64,000 nt of DNA from an uncultured candidate division Zixibacteria bacterium (GTDB lineage: Bacteria; Zixibacteria; MSB-5A5; GN15; FEB-12), in contig CAVTJJ010000002.1 of NCBI GenBank assembly GCA_963735035.1, positions 32,001 to 96,000 on the forward strand. Reading direction: 5' to 3'. The notes under the pieces were generated by a model. That model was given only the letters and a program-made list of their open reading frames with translations, did no database searches and was not told the DNA's origin. Each line of letters opens with the position of its first letter. The stretch's first letter is position 1. Below are positions 21,789-31,250 of the stretch, piece after piece. A program made the position numbers and the translations under genes.

Positions 21789-22531
21789 AGATTCGCCTCC
21801 GGATGGTGCGGATAGTGGCAGTCCCAGCAAAGATATCCGACGCCGTGAGTCTGGAAATCGATCGTCGGTGCCTCAAGTTTCCGTCCACCGGTCTTACTGT
21901 GACACTGGGCGCAAGTGCTCGAATTGGTCGGCTTCTCCGCCAGCGCGGTTCGCGGTGACGTGCGGTGTTCGGTCGGTACCACGTGACATTGCGTACAGGC
22001 CAGCATCGCATGCGGGGAAACCATCTTGTCGTTGGCTATCCCGCGATGGCAGGCGTCGCACTCTTCCGGCACATTCGGCGTCGTCGGGTTGTGCGGGTCG
22101 TGGCAGGCAATACACGGACGGCCGGGATTGTGCCGATCCGGCATTATCTGCGGGAAACCCGACGGGCGCGACGGGTTATACCCGTGGCAGATGGGGCACT
22201 GCCCCCGCCCCTGCGGAATGATCGGCTTGGCTTCATCGGGACTCTCGACATGCGCCTCGGCGGGACCGTGACAGGTCTCGCACGCCACACTCTGGTGATG
22301 CCCGCCGGCTTTCAGACTGACCTTATCGTCGTGACAGTCGGCGCAGGCTTTGGCCCCGGCATATACGACCGGGCGGGCGGCGATTTCGTCAACCGCGTCC
22401 GCACGATAGAATCCGTACTTGCCGAACGATGCCGGTACCAGAAAAGCTCTGGCCAGGATCAGCGCGGCGATTGCGATGACGAATATGATCGTCAGGGGAA
22501 CGAACTGTTTAGGGAATTTGCTCCAGAACAT
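21785..22531 (-). CDS. Membrane-anchored octaheme cytochrome c
   Basis: N-terminal TM helix and eight CxxCH motifs: CADCH, CETCH, CPICH, CIACH, CDACH, CTQCH, CAQCH, CWDCH. Confidence 0.88.
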   Translation of the reverse strand: MFWSKFPKQFVPLTIIFVIAIAALILARAFLVPASFGKYGFYRADAVDEIAARPVVYAGAKACADCHDDKVSLKAGGHHQSVACETCHGPAEAHVESPDEAKPIIPQGRGQCPICHGYNPSRPSGFPQIMPDRHNPGRPCIACHDPHNPTTPNVPEECDACHRGIANDKMVSPHAMLACTQCHVVPTEHRTSPRTALAEKPTNSSTCAQCHSKTGGRKLEAPTIDFQTHGVGYLCWDCHYPHHPEANL

Positions 22532-22740
22532 ATTTCTCTTGCCAACCAGCAAAAATGATGTACCTTTAAGAAAACAACAAAGGCCGCCTTAGTCAAGGTT
22601 CAATATTGAAGAATTAGCCGTCGCCGAAAAAAATTCCAGTTGGAACACTCTGAATTCCCTCCAACCTGAATCCCGGCGCGGAAACATATAGATCGACTAA
22701 TTGAAGCATCTTTCGGACTCCTAACCGGACGGAAAGGAAA

Positions 22741-22893
22741 ATGCCGATGAGTCCCTGGCTTCTTACACTAGTCATAGTCGTGGTTGGCCTCACGCTCGTC
22801 GCAACGGTTCTGGTAGTGCCCTTTCTCATGGACCTGAACCGGCATCGCAAGAGCAAACTCGCGGACCCGCGAGATTCGGAAGGTGCCGGCTAA
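22741..22893 (+). CDS. Putative 50-aa single-pass membrane protein
   Basis: Not in the ORF track. GAAAGGA RBS, then MPMSPWLLTLVIVVVGLTLVATVLVVPFLMDLNRHRKSKLADPRDSEGAG. Confidence 0.5.
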   Translation: MPMSPWLLTLVIVVVGLTLVATVLVVPFLMDLNRHRKSKLADPRDSEGAG

Positions 22894-23045
22894 ACCAGTC
22901 CCGGGCCTCAACCTTCAAGTTCGTCACTTCTTCGACAGAATCCGACTGTCCACATCACACCCTTGAAGGGGCTAGCAGAAGATTACGCCTCCCTTCAAAC
23001 TCTTGTCAATACACAAATCGCTTGCGTCAGAGTAGGAAATTCTCG

Positions 23046-23071
23046 GGTGGCCCACCCCGCTTGCGGGTGGG
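23046..23071. repeat. REP-like hairpin, family B (GTGGGCCACC), reverse orientation
   Basis: GGTGGCCCACCCCGCTTGCGGGTGGG. Relatives at 19656, 23934, 26949, 26982, 27017, 40039, 40729 and 40785. Confidence 0.75.
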
Positions 23072-23235
23072 ATTACCAATAGCAATTTGCTGGTGATAAC
23101 GATTCTACCAGTTCAATGTAGGTCGGTGTTCCGAGGTTCGGCCGCTGGAAGCGGACGAACCGAGAAACCCGACATGGACTGGGTTGGTGAAGAAGGTACA
23201 CCACAGCTTGCTTTGTGGCACTGGGCTGCTCGATC

Positions 23236-23916
23236 TCAGTCCTCTACAACAGTGAACCGGGCAACATTTGATTCTGCCCGACCTAACCAGATATCCGAGA
23301 TACCCTTCGTGTCCTTCCAACAGTAATTCGACAAACATAACTTGATTTCATATGTGCCGGGTGTGACTTGCTGACGATGATCTGCCTCCATGGCCAGGAA
23401 TACATCTATCATTACCGGATACGTCAAGGAGCCATTTGGAGGTATACTGCGCATCTCAAGGTCGTCACAGGGAGACCACGGGCCTTCAACGAACAGTGTC
23501 TTAGGGCAATCGCTCATGTCTTTGCTATCACGCAACAGTCGCAGCAACAAATCAGGGACGTAGGTCTCCTGGCTACACCCACCGATCTTGTCTGCTGTGA
23601 AGAATGGAATAAACAGTTCCCCGTTGGTCGCGTTTCGAAAAGTCAGTCTAATCTTGGGACCTCGAAGAATACTCGACCTTGAAAGATACTCATCCATACC
23701 CCAGTACCATGTGGACTTTATGGTATCGTAGGCGTATATGTCATCGAGGCTGAACAGGCTGTCGCTGATTGTAACCTCGAGACTCAGTCCCTTGTCTGCT
23801 TTGGCAAAGAGCGGCCCGACATATTTAAGAGAATTCGTGCAACAACCGGAGAGCCACACACACGCAAGCAGCAGCGTGCTCTTGGCGACAATACCTGCAA
23901 ATCGAAGAGATCCCAT
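23236..23916 (-). CDS. Hypothetical lipoprotein
   Basis: 226-aa ORF with a GGAG RBS and a signal peptide ending in lipobox-like LSGC; no family recognised. Confidence 0.6.
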   Translation of the reverse strand: MGSLRFAGIVAKSTLLLACVWLSGCCTNSLKYVGPLFAKADKGLSLEVTISDSLFSLDDIYAYDTIKSTWYWGMDEYLSRSSILRGPKIRLTFRNATNGELFIPFFTADKIGGCSQETYVPDLLLRLLRDSKDMSDCPKTLFVEGPWSPCDDLEMRSIPPNGSLTYPVMIDVFLAMEADHRQQVTPGTYEIKLCLSNYCWKDTKGISDIWLGRAESNVARFTVVED

Positions 23917-23933
23917 CTTCAGCTCCTTACTCT

Positions 23934-23958
23934 CCCACCTGCGAGCAGGTGGGCCACC
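23934..23958. repeat. REP-like hairpin, family B
   Basis: CCCACCTGCGAGCAGGTGGGCCACC. Confidence 0.75.
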
Positions 23959-23962
23959 ACCC

Positions 23963-26107
23963 CTACTTCACCGCCGCAAGCGCCTCTTTCGCCGCCGTCA
24001 GCATCGGCTCGGCCGAGATACTCGCCCCCACCGCCCGCTGCATCCAGAGATCGGGCGTGATCGAACCCTGAACACACATCCGCTCCATCTCGGCCCCGAG
24101 ACTATGCGTCTTCAAATACTGCTCAATCTGGAACGCGATAACACAGCCGATCGTGTAGTCCGGTAGATACATCGCCGCGTCGATCATGTGCGAATAGACC
24201 GCCAGAATATCGGCGTCACGAATTCCAAACGCGGTCGCGTAGTACTGATTCCAGATTTCTTTCGCGATTCCGATCACCGCCGTTTTCAATTCGGCCGGTG
24301 TAGCATCCGGGTTATCGTACATCCAGTGCCAGACTTTCATGTCGACCAATGACACCGCCGCGATCTCGCAGGCTCCCCAGTAATCATCGAGATTGCTCAG
24401 GTACCTGGCCTGCGACGCCGTATCCGGGATGCCGAGAAGTTGCAGGTCACGTGCCTGGAAGACGAACGCCAACGCTTCGGTAAACGCCGTGTTCGGCACT
24501 CCGGCCAGCAGCGTGTAGTCGATCTTACAGCCCGAGAACACCTGCTCGACATTGTGCCCCAGCTCATGGCAGGCGATATTGTAGCCTTTGTAGTTCATGC
24601 CGTCTGATTCGACCCGCGTGCGGAGATGCGCTTTGTCTTCGGGACCCGACGGCCCCGCGGCATGTCCTGCGCCGCGCGACGGATCAACCACGATTCTCGC
24701 CGTCACGTACTGTGTCGTGGCGGAATCGAAACCGAGCTGTTTCAGAATCGACGGGATCCCCGCCCAGAACGCCTCGGCATTCGGATACTTTGCCCGCACT
24801 GCGCTATCGAGCACCGCCTGCGGAATCGTGGAGCGCGGTTTGAAACCATCGTACCAGATATCGAACGGCTGCAACAGCCGCCCCAGACGTTTCTGAATCA
24901 ACTTGGCTGTGTTGGCGAGCTCATCCGATGACAGAATGGAAACGCATAGCTTCTCGACTTCCGCCTCGGGCATCTCGCGATCGCGCTCAAAGCGGCGCTG
25001 TATCAAAGTCGGCATCGACGGATAGTACTTATCTGTCTCTAACTGAGCGCGAAATGTGCCGAGCAGCATACGATACCGCGTGTCCAGTTCAGGTGAGTTG
25101 TCTACTCGGTCGCCTTTCTTCCCGGGATTGTTCCAGTCTTTGCGGGCTGGGCCGTCCGACTCCCGCGAAATCGTAACCTCATTCGTGGACATCTTCCAGT
25201 CGACCGCCGGATTGTTGATCACCGCCGCCGGTACTTGCTGACGAATGATCCGGCACATCACGTCGTATATCATCTCCTGTTTCGGCAGGCCGTTCGGATC
25301 GGAGTACCGCGCCTTCAACTCGTCGCGCAGGTTCCAGTGGGTGATCAACCTCAACCCCGCCGGGAATAACCGCTTCCCCCTGGCGTCGAGCAGGTGGTGC
25401 ATCCAGATGTTGTAGTCGCGGATATAATCCCCCGCTGCCTGAAATGCAGCCTGATTGACCTGCGAAACTTCGGGCGGCACCCGCTCGCGATACCGCATAG
25501 CCATGCGAGCCTGCGCCCACTCGTCGCGGTTGAGCGCGGGCGCGAGCTTCAGAAGTTCATCGAGCGAATACAACGGGTAGTTGAGCAGGATGATGAACGC
25601 GATTTTCGTCTGAAACATATCGTCGCTCAGATGCGCATAGGGCGAATAGCGGCCGAGCGCATCGTCGATCGGCAGAATCGGCCCGGTCTCGACATCGAGA
25701 TTGAAACTCAGGTCACGACCCATTTCGCCGAGATGGCCGTCGATGCTCTCGAACGCCTTCTCCAGATGGTTGGCGGTCTGCTGCAACAGGACCGGGTCCG
25801 AGATGTAGTTATCGTGACAGAACGCCGCGAACTCGTCGAGGGATCCGTCGCTCTCACGCCAGCGTTGGGCGACCTGACGCACCCCGCGTTCGAACCGCTC
25901 GGCATTGGGTCTGCCGTGTTCTTCGGTGAATTGGTTGAGCAGTGACTGTATCCGTTCCTCAGGAACAAACGCGGTCTGCGCCATTACCCCGCCGACAATC
26001 GCGATCATGGCGATTGTGAGAAGCATCGCACCGCCGAACCGCCACCCTATGTTTCTATCTGTCGTGTTTAGTTCTCTTGATTTTGAAAGGGACGTCCTTT
26101 GAAGCAT
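23963..26107 (-). CDS. Secreted gluzincin-like metallopeptidase or conserved hypothetical protein
   Basis: Signal-like N-terminus, HELGH (HExxH) and a downstream NTAFTEALA Glu, as in M3/M32-like enzymes. Start codon uncertain. Confidence 0.65.
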   Translation of the reverse strand: MLQRTSLSKSRELNTTDRNIGWRFGGAMLLTIAMIAIVGGVMAQTAFVPEERIQSLLNQFTEEHGRPNAERFERGVRQVAQRWRESDGSLDEFAAFCHDNYISDPVLLQQTANHLEKAFESIDGHLGEMGRDLSFNLDVETGPILPIDDALGRYSPYAHLSDDMFQTKIAFIILLNYPLYSLDELLKLAPALNRDEWAQARMAMRYRERVPPEVSQVNQAAFQAAGDYIRDYNIWMHHLLDARGKRLFPAGLRLITHWNLRDELKARYSDPNGLPKQEMIYDVMCRIIRQQVPAAVINNPAVDWKMSTNEVTISRESDGPARKDWNNPGKKGDRVDNSPELDTRYRMLLGTFRAQLETDKYYPSMPTLIQRRFERDREMPEAEVEKLCVSILSSDELANTAKLIQKRLGRLLQPFDIWYDGFKPRSTIPQAVLDSAVRAKYPNAEAFWAGIPSILKQLGFDSATTQYVTARIVVDPSRGAGHAAGPSGPEDKAHLRTRVESDGMNYKGYNIACHELGHNVEQVFSGCKIDYTLLAGVPNTAFTEALAFVFQARDLQLLGIPDTASQARYLSNLDDYWGACEIAAVSLVDMKVWHWMYDNPDATPAELKTAVIGIAKEIWNQYYATAFGIRDADILAVYSHMIDAAMYLPDYTIGCVIAFQIEQYLKTHSLGAEMERMCVQGSITPDLWMQRAVGASISAEPMLTAAKEALAAVK

Positions 26108-26182
26108 CTATCACCACCTGGTTTCAATTTGTGGCAATCTAATGCCAAGGACTGCGCGGGAACAACCTGTTTCTGGATACTC

Positions 26183-26303
26183 CGTGCCCGGCAGATGCCC
26201 ACATCTGCCGGTTGACGCGATAGGTACCCCACAGCTTGCTGTGGGTTCGCCCGATAGTGAGAAGGTACTGTAAGTTGTAGGTCAGGCGGACTTGACGCCT
26301 GAC
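26183..26303. repeat. Cluster of REP-like hairpins
   Basis: CGTGCCCGGCAGATGCCCACATCTGCCGG (family A); GGTACCCCACAGCTTGCTGTGGG (also at 39971); GTAG-GTCAGGCG-GACTTGA-CGCCTGAC. Confidence 0.75.
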
Positions 26304-26382
26304 ATTCCTGCGTAGGTTGCTCAGGACTGAGATATAAGTGTGGGCCTCTGCCGGTCTATTAAAGAACGCCAACTCCACTCCC

Positions 26383-26832
26383 CTACTTCATATGCTTGGA
26401 AACCAACTTGGTCATTTCAAACATGCTAACCTTGCTATTGCCACCGAAGACGGCTCTGAGTCTGTCGTCTGCATTAATCATCCGACGATTGACCGGATCC
26501 TGGAGACCATTCTTCTTGATATAGTCCCACAGCTTCTTTGTAACTTCAGTGCGGGGCATCGCCATCTCGCCAACTACAGCCACAAGTTCAGGCGACAGCG
26601 TCATCGGTCTCGTGAAAGCCGGGTTTGGTGTCTTCTTGATCTTAGTCGACGAGCTTGATTCCCCCTTGACACTCTTAGATGGTTCAGCCTCTCCGAGTCC
26701 TTCGGCGCACTTGACGCAACACTTATGTTCCGAATTTCGACACTCAAGACAGTTCAGTTGTCCGCAAATGCGGCATTTGAAGTACTGCTCACCAAGTATC
26801 AGTCCACAATATCCGCAGAATTCCTTATCCAT
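26383..26832 (-). CDS. SWIB/MDM2-domain protein with an N-terminal Cys-rich zinc-finger-like region
   Basis: LSPELVAVVG...PRTEVTKKLWDYIKKNGLQDP...INADDRL...VSMFEMTKLVSKH; N-terminus has CGYC, CRIC, CLEC, HKCCVKC; AAGGAG RBS. Confidence 0.88.
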   Translation of the reverse strand: MDKEFCGYCGLILGEQYFKCRICGQLNCLECRNSEHKCCVKCAEGLGEAEPSKSVKGESSSSTKIKKTPNPAFTRPMTLSPELVAVVGEMAMPRTEVTKKLWDYIKKNGLQDPVNRRMINADDRLRAVFGGNSKVSMFEMTKLVSKHMK

Positions 26833-26948
26833 TAATTGCTCTCCTTGAATTAGTTTGGACGGATCAGTATCGTGTCGTTCTTCCTCAAACTTGTGACGTT
26901 AATGATGGAAAATATCGAAACAATCTCAACCCAACGCAAGCGTTGGGG

Positions 26949-27038
26949 CACCCGGCGGATGGGCCACCGAGCGATTATTCTCCCACCCGAGGGGTGGGCC
27001 ACCAGGTATTTATTCTCCACCATAAATGGTGGGCCGCC
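26949..27038. repeat. Three tandem REP-like family B hairpins
   Basis: ...GGATGGGCCACC, CCCACCCGAGGGGTGGGCCACC and CCACCATAAATGGTGGGCCGCC (the last nearly identical to the 19656 copy). Confidence 0.8.
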
Positions 27039-27051
27039 CCAATCATGCCAA

Positions 27052-28272
27052 TTACACCACTGCGCGTACGCGCACACGCGTACGAATGACTTTCGCCAAA
27101 CGTTCGATCCCCTCCACAATTTGCACTTCAGTCGGATACGAGAAGTTCAGCCGCATCTCGTTACGCCCCGAACCGTCAGCATAGAAACCGGCGCCGATCA
27201 CATACGCCACTTTCATCTCCACCGCCGCATGAATCATCTCCACCGCATCCATATTCTCCGGCAACGTCACCCAGAGAAACATCCCGCCATCCGGCTTGGA
27301 CCAGGTCAATCCATCGATACCCGTGAGATTTGCGTCGAGCGCCTTCAACATCACACTCACTTTACGAGCATAGAGTTCCTTGCTCACCTGAATCTGCTTC
27401 TCGACCATGCCGTCCTTTAGAAGATGCGCGCACAGGATCGACGAAAACGCCGACGTGCACAAGTCGGTCCCCTGCTTGGCCATGATAAGTTTGTCGAGAA
27501 CTTCGGGCGGAGCGACAACCCAGCCTAGTCTGAAACCGGGCGAGAAAATCTTCGAAAACGTCTTCAGTTGGATCACCCGATTGTCCGAATCGAGCGAACG
27601 CAACGACGGCAGCAATTCACCCTTGAACCGAAGTTCCCGATAGGGACTGTCCTCGATTATGGGAAGATCGAAGCGAGCCGCAAGTTGAAGCACTTTCTTC
27701 CGCCGTTCGAGCGAGAGGTTACGCCCCGACGGATTCTGAAAATCGGGAATGAGATAGATGAACTTCGGCTTGCGACCCTCCGTCGTGAGTTGATCCAAAG
27801 TCAACTCCAGCTCGTCGGGAATAATGCCATCGGCGTCCATGGACACGCCGTGGAAATCGGCCCCAAACGCACGGAACGCCTGAATCGTGCCGACATAGCT
27901 GGGCCGCTCGATTATGATCGGGTCGCCAACATCAATGAAGATCTTTGAGAGCAGATCGAGCGCCTGCTGCGACGAAGCCACCACAATAATCTCCTCGGGC
28001 GCCACTTTCTCGCCCTGCCGCGCCGTGAAAGCGGCAATCTGTTCTCTGAGAAACGGCTCGCCCTCGGTCGGGCTATATTGCAGCGCGAGCCTGCCGTTTT
28101 CGCGCACTGCCTTGACCGCGGCCGCCTCGACCGCCTCGTAGGGAAATATCGCCGGATCGGGCAGCCCACCCGCAAAAGAGATGGTCCCCGGGGTACGGGT
28201 CAGTTTGAGAAGTTCTCTGATTTCACTTCGCCTGAGCCGACTGGCCATCGTAGAAAATCGAAAATCTGTCAT
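27052..28272 (-). CDS. PLP-dependent class I/II aminotransferase (LysN/AvtA-like)
   Basis: SEIRELLK, ISFAGGLP, LQYSPTEG, IPDFQNPSG, EDSPY, TFSKIFSPGFRLGW. Confidence 0.93.
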   Translation of the reverse strand: MTDFRFSTMASRLRRSEIRELLKLTRTPGTISFAGGLPDPAIFPYEAVEAAAVKAVRENGRLALQYSPTEGEPFLREQIAAFTARQGEKVAPEEIIVVASSQQALDLLSKIFIDVGDPIIIERPSYVGTIQAFRAFGADFHGVSMDADGIIPDELELTLDQLTTEGRKPKFIYLIPDFQNPSGRNLSLERRKKVLQLAARFDLPIIEDSPYRELRFKGELLPSLRSLDSDNRVIQLKTFSKIFSPGFRLGWVVAPPEVLDKLIMAKQGTDLCTSAFSSILCAHLLKDGMVEKQIQVSKELYARKVSVMLKALDANLTGIDGLTWSKPDGGMFLWVTLPENMDAVEMIHAAVEMKVAYVIGAGFYADGSGRNEMRLNFSYPTEVQIVEGIERLAKVIRTRVRVRAVV

Positions 28273-28459
28273 TGCCGGACTCCAATTTCAATTCACAAAC
28301 CACATTTGTCTTGACTCATATGATACAGTACATTATCTATTACAATATTGTTACAGTTTTGTTGTAACTATGACAATAAACCTGTCAACGACGAAACAAA
28401 ACCAGCCATGGCGTCGTATGACAAACATAATATGCTCTACAAGAACGGATTGAATTGTC

Positions 28460-29848
28460 ATGAATACAAACTGGAAACCATCGTTCGACATCAATAGCGA
28501 ATTGCTCTATCTGGCCATCGCCAATGCCATTTCCGATGATATCGATCGCGGCGAACTGGCTATGGGCTTCAAGCTCCCTACCCAGAGAGACCTGGCCGAC
28601 CAGCTTGGCGTGGCGCTTGGGACCGTGACCCGCGCCTACTCCGAGGCCGAACGTCGCGGTCTGATTCGCGGCGATGGCCGGCGCGGTACGTTTGTCGGAG
28701 CACATCAGACCGGACGGTCATTTCTGACTGCCATGTCGGGCCAAGTTCAACCCGGTATCGACCTAAGCAAGAATCACCCGGCGTACGGTCTCGATCCCGA
28801 TTTGGGAGCCGCGTTGCGGACATTGTCGCGAAGCCCACAGGCTCAGGAACTCTTGCAGTATTCACCAGCCGCCGGGATGATGCGTCACCGCGAAGTCGGC
28901 GCTGCCTGGCTACGCTCTTTGGGCGCGCAGTCTACCGCCGATTCGGTGTTCGTGACCACCGGGGCCCAGCACGCACTGTCGGTGATCTTCGCCGCCGAAA
29001 CGCGCCGTGGTGACATTATCGCCGCCGAGCAGTACACTTATCCGGGTGTCCGCGCTTTAGCCGAACAGCTCGATCTTCAGGTTGTAGCGGTCCCCACCGA
29101 CGAGTTCGGCATCCTGCCGGACGCACTCGATTCGATTTGTCGTCAGAAAGCTGTCCGTCTGCTCTACTGCAACCCGTCACTCAACAATCCGACCAACGTG
29201 ATATATCCTCTCACGCGTCGGAAAGAGATTGCAGCTGTCGCGGCTCAGCATGACTTGATGATCATCGAAGACGAGATCATGCGACCCCTGCTGGATGACC
29301 ACCCAGGCTTCATCGCCGACATTTTGCCCGACCAGACCCATCTCGTCCTGTCGGCTTCGAAAGCGGTTGCCGCCGGGCTGCGGGTTGGGTTCATTCAGGC
29401 GCCGCTCAAATCGCACCAGCGTTTGATCGACAGTCTGAACGCTTCCTGCCTGGGAGCTCCGCCCCTCATGACTGAGCTATTTGCCCTTTGGTTCAAGGAC
29501 GGCACCCTGGAAAAGACCATTGAACGCCGTCGTCATGATTCGGCAGCACGCCAGAAAGTGGCTGAGGAGACTCTGGGCGGATTCAGGCTTCACACTCACC
29601 CCTGCAGCTATCATGTGTGGCTGGAACTGCCTGAAAAATGGAGCGGCGAACGTCTGGCCGTGGAAGCGCAGTTGCGTGGCATCGCGATTACCCCGGCTGA
29701 AGTGTTCGCGGTTGACCGAAAATCCCCGCTGGGCGCGGTTAGACTCTCACTGGTCTTGCCTCCCAATTTGGAGATTCTGAGGTCAAGCCTCAAAATAGTG
29801 GCCGATTTACTCCACGGAGCCGCCGGGCATCACATGGCAACCGTGTAA
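28460..29848 (+). CDS. MocR/GabR family PLP-dependent transcriptional regulator
   Basis: GntR wHTH (KLPTQRDLADQLGVALGTVTRAYSEA) fused to an aminotransferase domain (NNPT, EDE, SKAVAAGLRVG); divergent from the aminotransferase gene. Confidence 0.94.
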   Translation: MNTNWKPSFDINSELLYLAIANAISDDIDRGELAMGFKLPTQRDLADQLGVALGTVTRAYSEAERRGLIRGDGRRGTFVGAHQTGRSFLTAMSGQVQPGIDLSKNHPAYGLDPDLGAALRTLSRSPQAQELLQYSPAAGMMRHREVGAAWLRSLGAQSTADSVFVTTGAQHALSVIFAAETRRGDIIAAEQYTYPGVRALAEQLDLQVVAVPTDEFGILPDALDSICRQKAVRLLYCNPSLNNPTNVIYPLTRRKEIAAVAAQHDLMIIEDEIMRPLLDDHPGFIADILPDQTHLVLSASKAVAAGLRVGFIQAPLKSHQRLIDSLNASCLGAPPLMTELFALWFKDGTLEKTIERRRHDSAARQKVAEETLGGFRLHTHPCSYHVWLELPEKWSGERLAVEAQLRGIAITPAEVFAVDRKSPLGAVRLSLVLPPNLEILRSSLKIVADLLHGAAGHHMATV

Positions 29849-30035
29849 CATCCTGACTCATATTCAGTTACCGACGGTAAGTGGATTGATGGAACAGATA
29901 GATTTGTCCTGTGTAAACAAGAAACTGATACCTTACGGAGTTGCGCATTTCGTATAATGCCAATCCCGTGTCGCCATATCCGCATAGATTCGGCGGGAGA
30001 CGACCTAACAGCGATGTGTCCGCGAGATATTGAAT

Positions 30036-31235
30036 ATGAACGAACTGAACGCCAGCAATAGTGACCTGTCCGCTCTCAAGATAGACCGTTCCACACGATC
30101 CGGTCCGCCCGGACGTTGGAAGAGATGGCTCCACCTGCTATGGATTCTCGTGCCGGTGGTAGTCTATTTCGGCTATGACGTGGCCATTAAGAAAGTCACG
30201 CCTTCACTGAAAGTGAAGACCGATCAGGTGAAGTACCTGACCGGCGCCGAAGCGTCCGTTGAACTGGTAGCCACAGGTTATGTAGTCGCTCAAGTCAAAG
30301 CCGATGTTTCTGCCAAAGCCACCGGCCTGCTCAAGCGGCTGACAGTCGAAGAAGGCGACACCGTTCATGCCGGCGAAATTCTTGGCGAGTTGGACAACGA
30401 AGACTTGAAAGCCGCCCTGGATTTGGCAAAAGCTAATTTGAGGCAAGTACAGGCCGATTCGGTAGCCGCCGATTTGAATTTCAAGCGCCAGCAGAGCCTG
30501 GTCGAAAGAGGTTTCGCGTCCGAAGAGGCGCTGGAAAACGCCACCGCTACCTGGCATCGTGCTATCGCAAACATTGAGGCTATGAAAGCCGGCGTAAAGG
30601 CCGCCGAAGTTGCTTACGAAAATAGCTTCATCCGTGCTCCTTTCAGTGGGACGGTCCTGACCAAACAAGCCGATATCGGCGAGATGGTTGCCCCGTTCGC
30701 AGCGGCAACATCCTCTCGTGGAGCGGTTGTCACAATCGCCGACATGACTTCGCTTGAAGTCGAAGCCGACGTCTCGGAATCGAACATCCAGAAAGTGATC
30801 GTGGGCCAGCCTTGCGAGATCGTCCTCGACGCCTATCCGCAGGTCAAATACGACGGCTACGTGAAGAAGATCATTCCTACCGCAGATCGAACCCGAGCCA
30901 CGGTCATGACCAAGATAGGTTTCAATGCTATCGATGGTCGGGTACTGCCGGATATGTCCGCCCGTGTGAATTTCCTCCCATCAAAGAACGCGGCCGCGCC
31001 CGCCGTACAACCGGTGTTGGTTGTCAACAGCGATGCGGTTACGCAGCGACTGGGTCAGTCCGTGGTGTTCAAAGTCGAGCAAGACCTGGCGAGGCAGATT
31101 GTCATAGGGGCGGGACGCAAGCTCGGTGACGTCCGCGAAGTTCTATCCGGTCTCAAGGCCGGGGACAAAGTCATTCTCTCTCCCCCCGGCGGACTTCAGG
31201 ACGGGGATAAAGTCGAAGAGTCACAGACAATTTAG
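30036..31235 (+). CDS. Efflux periplasmic adaptor (MacA-like membrane fusion protein)
   Basis: LVATGYVVAQ, IRAPFSGTV, LEVEADVSESNI. Confidence 0.92.
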   Translation: MNELNASNSDLSALKIDRSTRSGPPGRWKRWLHLLWILVPVVVYFGYDVAIKKVTPSLKVKTDQVKYLTGAEASVELVATGYVVAQVKADVSAKATGLLKRLTVEEGDTVHAGEILGELDNEDLKAALDLAKANLRQVQADSVAADLNFKRQQSLVERGFASEEALENATATWHRAIANIEAMKAGVKAAEVAYENSFIRAPFSGTVLTKQADIGEMVAPFAAATSSRGAVVTIADMTSLEVEADVSESNIQKVIVGQPCEIVLDAYPQVKYDGYVKKIIPTADRTRATVMTKIGFNAIDGRVLPDMSARVNFLPSKNAAAPAVQPVLVVNSDAVTQRLGQSVVFKVEQDLARQIVIGAGRKLGDVREVLSGLKAGDKVILSPPGGLQDGDKVEESQTI

Positions 31236-31250
31236 TTCAGGTTGAGAAAT

